In this document: one piece after another, positions 16,499 to 24,817 of the stretch
Layout of the letters: every line of letters starts with the position of its first letter
How positions within the stretch are numbered: position 1 is the stretch's first letter
Source: Candidatus Saccharimonadota bacterium
Lineage (GTDB): Bacteria; Bacteroidota; Bacteroidia; Cytophagales; Amoebophilaceae
Direction: 5' to 3'
DNA: 32,000 nt
Assembly (NCBI RefSeq): GCF_964030745.1
Contig: NZ_OZ034918.1
Coordinates: 360,001-392,000 of the forward strand
Position numbers and translations under genes: made by a program
Notes under the pieces: generated by a model
Told to the model about the DNA's origin: nothing
The model's input: the letters and a program-made list of their open reading frames with translations, nothing else
Databases searched by the model: none

Positions 16499-17110
16499 AT
16501 GACCACACATACGACATTACTGGGTCTGCTGTTAAAAGGCGGTTGGCTGATGTTACCCCTTGCAGCGCTATCGCTTATAAGCATCTACATAATAGTAGAG
16601 CGTCTATTGACCTACCGAAAATATTTGAGCCTATCCAGTAGTTTCTTAGAAGAATTAGAAGTAGCATTAAATAGTGGAGACTTATCAACAGTGAAACAGA
16701 TCTGTAGTGAACAAGATAATATTATAGAAAAAGTAATCAACAAAGGCATCGAGCAACGGCAAGTTGCAAATATTGCATTGATTTTAGAAAGTGAATCTGG
16801 TAGGATGGTAGCCTTTTTGGAAGAAAAGCTTGCTTTCCTAGCAACGATCTCTGGATCGGCACCTATGATTGGTTTCTTAGGTACTGTAACTGGTATGATT
16901 CAAACATTTATAGCGATTTCCCAAGAAAAAAACCAGCTTTCTTCTCAACTTTTTTCAAGTGGTATCTATGAAGCAATGGTTACAACCGTAGGAGGACTAA
17001 TCGTTGGAATTATAGCTTATCTGGGTTATAATTACTGCACCGCGCAAGTCAGTAAGACTACAGCAAGGTTGAATTATCTGGTCAACCTTTTTTTAGCCAA
17101 GGTGAAGTAG
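16499..17110 (+). CDS. exbB: MotA/TolQ/ExbB proton-channel family protein
   Basis: 203 aa with three TM segments and the conserved LATISGSAPMIGFLGTVTGMIQTF motif. Confidence 0.85.
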   Translation: MTTHTTLLGLLLKGGWLMLPLAALSLISIYIIVERLLTYRKYLSLSSSFLEELEVALNSGDLSTVKQICSEQDNIIEKVINKGIEQRQVANIALILESESGRMVAFLEEKLAFLATISGSAPMIGFLGTVTGMIQTFIAISQEKNQLSSQLFSSGIYEAMVTTVGGLIVGIIAYLGYNYCTAQVSKTTARLNYLVNLFLAKVK

Positions 17111-17143
17111 GCATAATGCCCTACTAAAAAAATAAGTAAGAAA

Positions 17144-17542
17144 ATGAAAATCAGTACAAAAAATAAGATAGATGCTTCTTTTAGCATGGCCTCTATGACT
17201 GATATTATATTTTTACTATTGATTTTTTTATTGATTACAGCCAATTATAGCCCCAAAGCACTTCCTGTTGACTTACCATTAAGCACCAATGAAAGAACGG
17301 AATCTGTACAAGTTCATGTAACGGTTACCGCACAGCTAGCCTATTATGTAGAAGGAAAGCGGGTTCCTTTTAACAGGCTACAAAATGTCTTGGAGGATGC
17401 ATTATCCAAAACATCGAGTAAAGTTGTTTTATTGCATATGGATAAAGGGCTATCTATAGCCCATATGGTCAAGGTAGCAGATATAGCCAATAAATTAGGG
17501 GCTGCTGTTTCCCTAGCTACTGAATTTGAAAAGAAACGATGA
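17144..17542 (+). CDS. exbD: ExbD/TolR family biopolymer transport protein
   Basis: 132 aa. SMTDIIFLLLIFLLIT is the single TM. The periplasmic domain reads VQVHVTVTAQLAYYVEGKRV...VVLLHMDKGLSIAHMVKVADI. Confidence 0.85.
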   Translation: MKISTKNKIDASFSMASMTDIIFLLLIFLLITANYSPKALPVDLPLSTNERTESVQVHVTVTAQLAYYVEGKRVPFNRLQNVLEDALSKTSSKVVLLHMDKGLSIAHMVKVADIANKLGAAVSLATEFEKKR

Positions 17543-18219
17543 AAAATAGCTGGTTATTTTCTCCAAATGGAAAAGGAATGGCCCTATCGATTGCTTTACA
17601 TCTATTTGCTTTAGGGTTAACCTATTGCATCAAGCGCACTCCAGCACCAGCTGCTTCTAGTGCCCAATCCTATAGAATTGCCTTAGAGCCGGCCATTACA
17701 CACACTATAGCAGAACATCACCTGCCTAACCATACCACTGGGCCATCCCTGCAAGCCGCTCATCTGGCCACTACACAGCCTGAGCAGCCAGCTAACCATC
17801 AACGGAAGCATCAATATACACGCCCAAAACAGCAGCATCAAAAACAACCAGGTGGTTTGAGACGCCCCCAAAAACTTAAACAACCCCGTAAAGTAGCTAA
17901 AATAGATGAGCGGGGGTTATACAACAAAGGAAAAAATCATGCCAAGCAAACAGATGCTACCCTTGAATTAAGGGGATGGGAATGGGATGCTGTACCCCGG
18001 CCAAATGATACCACAGAAGAGTGGGGCAAAATCGTTTTTGAAATTAAAGTAGATAAAGAAGGTGAAATCATTTCTATTCTAACTATTGAAAAAACAGTTA
18101 CCCCCATGGTAGAAAAGATCTACGCAGATGCATTGCGTGCGCTTACCTTTAGCAAAACAGCTGACGCACCAGCTGGTATCGCCACAGGTAAGGTTACCTT
18201 TGTACTGATAGCAAAGTAA
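17539..18219 (+). CDS. TonB-like energy transducer
   Basis: An N-terminal TM (ALSIALHLFALGLTY), a Pro/Gln/Lys-rich spacer and a C-terminal TonB-like domain (GKIVFEIKVDKEGEIISILTIEK...GKVTFVLIAK). A 4-bp ATGA overlap with exbD suggests translational coupling. Confidence 0.6.
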   Translation: MKNSWLFSPNGKGMALSIALHLFALGLTYCIKRTPAPAASSAQSYRIALEPAITHTIAEHHLPNHTTGPSLQAAHLATTQPEQPANHQRKHQYTRPKQQHQKQPGGLRRPQKLKQPRKVAKIDERGLYNKGKNHAKQTDATLELRGWEWDAVPRPNDTTEEWGKIVFEIKVDKEGEIISILTIEKTVTPMVEKIYADALRALTFSKTADAPAGIATGKVTFVLIAK

Positions 18220-18314
18220 CGCTATGGAAACTTTGTAAAAAACAAAAAAGTTAATAGCTTTGTTGAGTTTGTTACTTACACAAAAGCATTTTTTTATAAA
18301 ATATACTCTTAGAT

Positions 18315-19349
18315 ATGCTTTTAGCTTCTTACAAATGCTTTTCATCTAAACTTGTTAAGCGCACCCTAACCACACTATACGTATTGATCTATATGACAAT
18401 GGGTAGTTGTGGTACCATTCCCGATGATGAAGGGGAATTTATCGGCCACCATACTAAAGAAAGTTGGAAAAACGATATCCCGTTAAACATGAAATTGATT
18501 CCATCTGGTACATTTTTGATGCATGGAGGAGTTAACGAAGGTGGGATTGGCCAAACCCGTATCATACAGACGACAACCGTACCCTCATTCTACATGGATG
18601 AAGCACCCGTTACCAATGCTCAATACCGCGCATTCCTAGATATTGTCAGGGCCGATCTGGAATCGTATGGATTAAACGAATCCTATATCAATGAAAAGCT
18701 AATGCCTGACGTAACAGTTTGGCAAAAAGTTTTTCCAGCTATGTTTATAGATGACTCATATGGTCAAAGCTATTGGCAAGATCCCCGTTTTGATGACTAC
18801 CCTGTAGTGGGCATCACTTGGGAAGCAGCAGAACAATATGCACGCGTTCGTTCTATTTATAGGAATAACTATTTAGTATCTAAAGGGCGAAAGCCCGGTC
18901 CTGACTTTAGATTGCCTACCGCTGCTGAATATGAATATGCTGCTAAAGGCGGTCAACCAGATGCGCAATATCCATGGGGAGGACCTTCTGTAAGAGATCC
19001 AAAGACAGGCAAGCTCTTGGCTAATTTTCAGGCTACAAAAGGGGACTATGCAGCGTCTGGTTATGCATATACCTCTCCCATAAAAGCTTTTCCACCCAAC
19101 GCTTATGGACTTTATGATATGGCAGGCAATGTAGCAGAATGGTGTGCAGATGTATACAGCCCCTTACCAATACATAAAAATGAGGTGATCAGTCCTTTTT
19201 ATAAAGATGAACAAGGCCTATTTAAGGTTATTAAAGGAGGCTCTTGGAAAGACTACGCCTATGCACTACAAACTGGAGTTTCTGATTGTGAACATAAAGA
19301 TATACCACGTTGCTATATTGGCTTTAGATGCGTGATGTCTGCCATGTAA
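18315..19349 (+). CDS. gldK: T9SS/gliding lipoprotein GldK (PorK), FGE-sulfatase-like fold
   Basis: Lipobox MTMGSCG. Also GITWEAAEQYARVRS, FRLPTAAEYEYAAKGG, YGLYDMAGNVAEWCADVY, VIKGGSWKD and IGFRCVMS. It heads the gldKLMN cluster. Confidence 0.85.
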   Translation: MLLASYKCFSSKLVKRTLTTLYVLIYMTMGSCGTIPDDEGEFIGHHTKESWKNDIPLNMKLIPSGTFLMHGGVNEGGIGQTRIIQTTTVPSFYMDEAPVTNAQYRAFLDIVRADLESYGLNESYINEKLMPDVTVWQKVFPAMFIDDSYGQSYWQDPRFDDYPVVGITWEAAEQYARVRSIYRNNYLVSKGRKPGPDFRLPTAAEYEYAAKGGQPDAQYPWGGPSVRDPKTGKLLANFQATKGDYAASGYAYTSPIKAFPPNAYGLYDMAGNVAEWCADVYSPLPIHKNEVISPFYKDEQGLFKVIKGGSWKDYAYALQTGVSDCEHKDIPRCYIGFRCVMSAM

Positions 19350-19396
19350 CTTTTATTGATCATCCATTTATTGGCCATTTAAATTTGTAAAATACA

Positions 19397-20113
19397 ATGA
19401 AACATAATTTGATAAGTAATTCTTTTACACATAAGTTTTATAATACTATTATGCCCTTGATTTACAACATTGGTGCAGCTATTGTAATTTTTGGGGCTAT
19501 GTTTAAGCTATTAAACCTACCTGGAGGCAGTATTATGTTGGGCATTGGCCTTTCTGCAGAAGCTGTTATTTTCATTTTAAGTGCTTTTGAACCTAAAGAA
19601 CAAGAAATAGATTGGTCACGTGTGTATCCTGAGCTAGCGCCTGATTATAACGGTAAAAACTTAACAAGCCGTTCTGTGCAAGCTACCCCTACGATTACGC
19701 AAAAGTTTGACCAATGCTTGGAAAAAGCTTCCATAGATACTGCTTTGTTAGAAAACTTAGCTGCTACTATGCGTCGTTTTTCAGACAATATAGCCAGTGT
19801 GCCTTCTTTTACCCAGGTTGGTGCAGTCACAGAAGACTATGTGCGCCATATAGGGCAAGCCACACAAATAATTGGAGATATGGCGCATACATTAACCTCT
19901 ATGAATGGGCTTTACAAAAAAGCTTTAGCCCATATGGAAGATCAGACTACCCATACCCATACGCTGCATAGCCATTTAGAAACTACCGTAAAAGCAATGG
20001 AAGTAGCAGGTAATGAAGCAATACACTTTAAAAAAGAGCTTGCTTTACTCAATGAAAAAGTAACCGCTCTAAACGAAATATATGCCAAGACACTAACCGC
20101 TTTTAAAGGCTAA
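19397..20113 (+). CDS. gldL: T9SS/gliding motor protein GldL (PorL)
   Basis: Two N-terminal TM helices with YNIGAAIVIFGAMFKLLNLPGG and a cytoplasmic helical tail. Positioned between gldK and gldM. Confidence 0.85.
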   Translation: MKHNLISNSFTHKFYNTIMPLIYNIGAAIVIFGAMFKLLNLPGGSIMLGIGLSAEAVIFILSAFEPKEQEIDWSRVYPELAPDYNGKNLTSRSVQATPTITQKFDQCLEKASIDTALLENLAATMRRFSDNIASVPSFTQVGAVTEDYVRHIGQATQIIGDMAHTLTSMNGLYKKALAHMEDQTTHTHTLHSHLETTVKAMEVAGNEAIHFKKELALLNEKVTALNEIYAKTLTAFKG

Positions 20114-20164
20114 ATGATTTGGTATCACTCACCAAAAAAGTTGCGTATAAATGTTTAAAATAGT

Positions 20165-21745
20165 ATGGCCAAAGGAAAATTAAGTCCTAGACAAAAAATG
20201 ATAGGGGTAATGTATCTGGTGCTCACTGCTATGTTAGCCCTTCAGGTCAGCTCTAGTGTATTAGATAAATTCATGGTACTCAGTGGCAGTATTGATAAAA
20301 GCAGAAGTCTACAATTTAACCATAATGAACGTGCCATTCAAGCATTACAAAGTGCGGTTAAAGATATGGGCAACCGGCCAACAGATATAAAAATATTGAA
20401 AAAAGTGTTGGCCATGCATCAGGATACAGTAGGGCTGGTACATTATATAGATCGATTAAAAAAACAGTTGATTGATGCAGAGGGGGGCATTGACCGCCTC
20501 ACCAAATTACCCAAAGGGCTCAAAAGCAATGCAGCAGTAGCCCGTTTTATGATCAACAAAGGGGAGGGGAATATATTGAAAACCAAATTAAATGGATATA
20601 TAACACAGCTTTCTAGGCTCACCAATAAACCTTATACACCCATTGCTTTTGATGCAAAAGAGCATGACTTTTTTAGTCGTGATCCCAATCAAGCTAAAAA
20701 AGATTTTGTTACATTAAATTTTGACCACACGCCACTTGGCGCTGCATTGGCTACATTGAGCCAGTTTGCCTCTGAGGTAGTCACTACAGAAGCAGATGCT
20801 ATCCATACCTTGGGTAACATCATTGGTGCCTCTGATGTTAAATTTGACACACTGAAGTTATTGGCCAACACCAAGTCCTATATTGTCGCTGCCGGAAGCA
20901 AATATGAAGCAGATTTAATTTTAGCCGCTTCTTCTTCGGCAGTTGCTCCAGAAATGTTTATTGATGGCCAACCGATTGTGGTAGAAGATGGCGTAGGAAA
21001 AATAACCTTTACAACTTCCCCTGGAAGCTATGACACCCATGGATTTGCCAAAAAAAACTTTAAAGCTGCTGTAAAATTGAAGCTACCTGGGGGCAAAGAA
21101 TCGATTATTACAGAAGATATCCCCTATCTGGTTGCAAAGCCTGTGATTCAAGTAAAGGCTGCTACGGTACAGTCACTTTATCGAAATTGTGGAAACGAGT
21201 TAGACATTCAAGTTCCTTCTCTTGGTGCCAGCTACAACCCGCGGTTTAAAGTGGAGGGTGGGACCACCATACCAGGATCTAAAAAAGGAGTAGTTACCGT
21301 GATTCCTAAAGATAAAGAGGTTAAGTTAAAGGTATATAATGGAGACAACTTAATAGGCACAGAAGCTTTTATGGTACAAGACATTCCCATTCCCCAAATT
21401 GCCATCACTACTAAAAACAAGCCTATTGACATGAAATTAGGCATACCTGCACCTGGTCCCAGGGTACTGGAAGCCAAAGTAATTCCTAATAAGTATTTCC
21501 AAGATTTTCTACCCAAAGATGCTAGGTACCAAGTGGTAGAATGGGTGATTACCTTGGCACGGGGTAGCCGTCCCATTCATGCGTTAACGGCAAAGCAGAG
21601 CGTTGCAGATTTGCACAATATCGCTGCTCAAGCCAAATCAGGCGATCGATTGGTGATTGAAATCAAAAAAATAGCAAGAAAAAACTTTAAAGATGAAGTT
21701 GAAACCATTAATGATGGTTCATGTTTCAATATCTTACTGAATTAA
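20165..21745 (+). CDS. gldM: T9SS/gliding protein GldM (PorM)
   Basis: MAKGKLSPRQKMIGVMYLVLTAMLALQVS is the characteristic GldM N-terminus. 526 aa with a periplasmic multi-domain body. Confidence 0.9.
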   Translation: MAKGKLSPRQKMIGVMYLVLTAMLALQVSSSVLDKFMVLSGSIDKSRSLQFNHNERAIQALQSAVKDMGNRPTDIKILKKVLAMHQDTVGLVHYIDRLKKQLIDAEGGIDRLTKLPKGLKSNAAVARFMINKGEGNILKTKLNGYITQLSRLTNKPYTPIAFDAKEHDFFSRDPNQAKKDFVTLNFDHTPLGAALATLSQFASEVVTTEADAIHTLGNIIGASDVKFDTLKLLANTKSYIVAAGSKYEADLILAASSSAVAPEMFIDGQPIVVEDGVGKITFTTSPGSYDTHGFAKKNFKAAVKLKLPGGKESIITEDIPYLVAKPVIQVKAATVQSLYRNCGNELDIQVPSLGASYNPRFKVEGGTTIPGSKKGVVTVIPKDKEVKLKVYNGDNLIGTEAFMVQDIPIPQIAITTKNKPIDMKLGIPAPGPRVLEAKVIPNKYFQDFLPKDARYQVVEWVITLARGSRPIHALTAKQSVADLHNIAAQAKSGDRLVIEIKKIARKNFKDEVETINDGSCFNILLN

Positions 21746-21759
21746 TTATACCATTCACT

Positions 21760-22542
21760 ATGTCATTACAAAAATATTTATTGTTGCTATATATTGGCTT
21801 AACTGCTACCCCTCCATGCTATGGACGCACAGATCATTTATCACAAAGTTATAGTCCACATGCCACGCGCCCCCTGGCTAGGGCCTATATTTTATATGCC
21901 AGAAAAGTATGGAGAGAAATCTATTTAAATGAAAAACAAAATAGCCCTTGTTTCATGCGCGGAAAAGAAATTTCCAAAATAATTATAGATGGCGTAAAAA
22001 ATGGAGTACTGGTACCCTATACAGATGACACCCTAGAAGCAGTTATGCCTCAAGCACAATTCTTGAAAAGTTTACAACTTTCAGGAGAAGAGGGGCAAAC
22101 CACTCCACATGAATTCTTTCCAAGAGAAATTGCCACGTTAAGGTTGGTAGAACATATCATCTTTAATAAGATTACGGCTAGGCAAGAGTATGATATTGAA
22201 GCGATTCAATTAATTGTACCAGGTAGAAACAATCCACCTACCCACTTAGATCACACCATAGCTACTTTCAAATATAAAGATGTAATAGATTATTTTAACA
22301 AACTGCCTTTTGAATCAATTTGTTGGTACAACGCCGCTAACCCTGCAGAAAATTTAACCTGGATAGACGCATTTACCCTTAGACTCTTTGGCAGTAGAAT
22401 TGTCAAAGTTGGCAATACAGAGGATGCCACTATAGATGAGCTATATGAAGAAAAACCTGGAGACGGTAAGGGACTGATTGCTTCACAAAAATTAGCGGAA
22501 GAACTTGATGTGGATATGGAAGGTTTTTTATCTGAGTATTAA
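21760..22542 (+). CDS. gldN: T9SS/gliding protein GldN (PorN)
   Basis: Signal peptide MSLQKYLLLLYIGLTA, a KVWREIYLNEKQN motif typical of GldN, and the last position of the gldKLMN cluster. The track ORF starts at 21721, inside gldM. ATG 21760 is preferred. Confidence 0.7.
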   Translation: MSLQKYLLLLYIGLTATPPCYGRTDHLSQSYSPHATRPLARAYILYARKVWREIYLNEKQNSPCFMRGKEISKIIIDGVKNGVLVPYTDDTLEAVMPQAQFLKSLQLSGEEGQTTPHEFFPREIATLRLVEHIIFNKITARQEYDIEAIQLIVPGRNNPPTHLDHTIATFKYKDVIDYFNKLPFESICWYNAANPAENLTWIDAFTLRLFGSRIVKVGNTEDATIDELYEEKPGDGKGLIASQKLAEELDVDMEGFLSEY

Positions 22543-22543
22543 G

Positions 22544-22874
22544 GTGATTTGGCATTGCAAGCGATCTTTTTTACTTTTAAGCGGATATATTATTTGTATC
22601 TGTGCGTTTTCGCCCTATATTAGACCTCTTGCGAGACCTATTTGTAGTGTGCAATTTTTAGGAGAAGCGGAGGCGACCACTGCAGCATACTCAGGTGTAT
22701 TTGAGGAGCATAGACCAGCTTCGACACCAAAATTGCCATTAGAAATAGTGTTTCGAAAGAGGTCTACCCAAGCGGCTACTCCTATAAAGTCTTACAACAA
22801 ACCACTTGCGATAGCAGCCATAGCGCTCAACCTGCCTTATCCCGTACACGTATTGTGCAACAAAAATGAAAGTG
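22544..22874 (+). pseudogene. N-terminal fragment of a rhomboid-like membrane protein, split by the IS at 22875
   Basis: The frame is open from GTG 22544, immediately after the gldN stop. Removing the IS plus one GTG duplication joins it in frame to 24185-24585. It contains in-frame copy A of the palindromic element. The N-terminal part has no diagnostic motif by itself. Confidence 0.4.
22711..22766 (+). repeat. 56-bp palindromic element, copy A
   Basis: TAGACCAGCTTCGACACCAAAATTGCCATTAGAAATAGTGTTTCGAAAGAGGTCTA. It shares a 23-nt perfect core, TTCGACACCAAAATTGCCATTAG, with copies B and C. It is read as RPASTPKLPLEIVFRKRST. Confidence 0.85.
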
Positions 22875-24181
22875 TGAGGCCGTTGCAATAGACCTTTACG
22901 ATTTGCCATAAAAAGTATCTTTTTATTTTTTAGAAGAAGGTAAAAAAAGGTTAAATTCTATTGATTTTTTTAGGTATTGATGCTTAAAACTTTTAATAAT
23001 ATTGTGTATGTCGCTCAAGCAAACTAAGCAATTAAGTTTTTCAGATATTTCCGCCAATAAGCGTAAGTGCAAACACACTTTCTTTGATCAAATCAACAAG
23101 CTAGTTAATTGGTCAGTAGTAGAAAAAGCACTCCGATTACATTATCCTAAAGGTTTACGTTTATCAGGCAAACCGGCCTATAGTCCTCTGCTTCTATTCA
23201 AAATGCTATTGCTACAGACGTGGTATGGCTTGAGCGACTATGCAGTCGAAGAAGAAGTGAATGATCGTATCACTTTTAGCAGATTTTGTGGTATTTCGAT
23301 GGATAGTTCTGTTCCAGATCATAGTGTACTAAGTAGATTTAGAACTACCCTTACAGAGAAGAATGCTTTAGAAAAGTTATTGCATATCATTAATAATCAG
23401 CTATCTGATCATGGTGTATTGGTTCAAAACGGTTCAGCAGCTGTAGATGCTTCTATTACCCCTACCCCTAGACGCCCTAAAGGTAAAAAAAGCTACGATC
23501 TGCATGAAGATGGAACCATAACCACAGCTGAAAGTTATCAAAAAGGAGTAGATCCAGAAGCAAGTTGGATAAAAAAAGGCCATCATCTCTACTATGGCTA
23601 TAAGCGGCATGTTCTTGTGGAAAGCAAAGAGGGGTTGGTGCTAGCCGTAGGTACCACAAAAGCATCTAGTCATGATAGTGGGCATTTACAGGTATTATTG
23701 GATAAAGTAAGGCTAAAATCAGGCAGCAGACTCTATGCAGATAAAGGCTATAGCGGGTCGCCCAACGAAAATTTACTAAAGAAAAAGAAGTTAAAATCAG
23801 CTATTCAGAAAAAAGGGGCTAGAAACAATCCTTTATCACCCACTGCTAAACGGTTTAATAAATTAGTATCTAAAACGCGCTATAAAGTAGAACGGGTATT
23901 TGGAAGTATTAAAAGTTGGTTCCGTAGCTCAGGAGCCAGATATATAGGCCTTGCTAAAACCCATACGCAACATGTTATGGAGGCAATAGCCTATAACTTA
24001 TATAGGTCCCCAAACATCATATTAAGAGGTATCTAGGGGAATGGTGTGTCCAAAATAGATTGAAAATGACTAAAAAATCAGTAAATAAATAGTTTTATAC
24101 CACTATAACATCAAATATGGCAAGGAAATAACCCTGGAAGATTAATCAAAATTATACCTTCAACCTATCACAACGGCCTCA
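22875..24181 (+). mobile_element. IS5-family insertion sequence, 1307 bp, apparently intact
   Basis: Terminal inverted repeats TGAGGCCGTTGCAATAG (22875-22891) and, as the reverse complement of 24165-24181, TGAGGCCGTTGTGATAG (15/17 match). The element is flanked by direct GTG (22872-22874 and 24182-24184). It carries one full-length transposase ORF. Confidence 0.85.
23008..24036 (+). CDS. IS5-family DDE transposase
   Basis: An N-terminal DUF772-like segment (GKPAYSPLLLFKMLLLQTWYGLSDYAVEEEVNDRITFSRFCGI) and a C-terminal DDE_Tnp_1-like segment (ADKGYSG...YKVERVFGSIKSWF...ARYIGLAKT...AYNLYR). Confidence 0.9.
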   Translation: MSLKQTKQLSFSDISANKRKCKHTFFDQINKLVNWSVVEKALRLHYPKGLRLSGKPAYSPLLLFKMLLLQTWYGLSDYAVEEEVNDRITFSRFCGISMDSSVPDHSVLSRFRTTLTEKNALEKLLHIINNQLSDHGVLVQNGSAAVDASITPTPRRPKGKKSYDLHEDGTITTAESYQKGVDPEASWIKKGHHLYYGYKRHVLVESKEGLVLAVGTTKASSHDSGHLQVLLDKVRLKSGSRLYADKGYSGSPNENLLKKKKLKSAIQKKGARNNPLSPTAKRFNKLVSKTRYKVERVFGSIKSWFRSSGARYIGLAKTHTQHVMEAIAYNLYRSPNIILRGI

Positions 24182-24184
24182 GTG

Positions 24185-24585
24185 TATATAATAGATTGCT
24201 TTATAAGGGGGATTACCGAGCAGCCCTATGGAATCATACATTGAATCTGATCAATTTTTTTGCCCTAAGTAGCGAGCTGCCTGCTCAACATCTCTTTTTA
24301 GCAACGGCTATATTGGTCGGTTTACAAACTTCTACCTATGCTGTTTGCCAATCTTACGGTGTCTCTTTGGTATGGTCTGGCCTAACAGGGATGCTCTGTC
24401 ATAGGTTATGCATACAAAAACAAATTAAATGGCATTTGGTTGTAGCTATGCTGCTGAGTAGCGCTGCACTAGGCTATTACGCCTATAAGGAACCAGCAAT
24501 CACTACCATTGCCCATTTAGGAGGCGTTGCAGGCGGTTTTGGCTTGTCCTTTCTACTTCCTTATAAAAAATCTCTCCTACCATAA
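24185..24585 (+). pseudogene. C-terminal fragment of a rhomboid-family intramembrane protease
   Basis: Rhomboid-like TM4 LVWSGLTGML (GxSG-type) and the TM6 motif IAHLGGVAGGFGLSF (AHxGGxxxG). In frame with 22544-22874 once the IS is removed. Confidence 0.55.
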
Positions 24586-24630
24586 AGTAACGCAGATAAT
24601 AGCAGACAACTGCAGACTCCATTCATCACT

Positions 24631-24696
24631 ATTCAGCCATTTACTATCGGGACAGACTTTTTATCGAAGGAGATAAGAGGCTCAGCCACAGGCGTG
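24631..24696. mobile_element. Right-half remnant of the GCCCGC-core MITE
   Basis: ATTCAGCCATTTACTATCGGGACAGACTTTTTATCGAAGGAGATAAGAGGCTCAGCCACAGGCGTG matches the right arm of 7775-7985 and 26466-26678. Confidence 0.7.
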
Positions 24697-24817
24697 TGTT
24701 GACGCCATTGGTTGAAGGCTTACGATGAAAGAACTCTATTGCATTTTTAAATTATAATTCATATTATCCAATATGGAACTTGAAGTCAAGTATAATGCCT
24801 TGCATAGGATAAGAATT

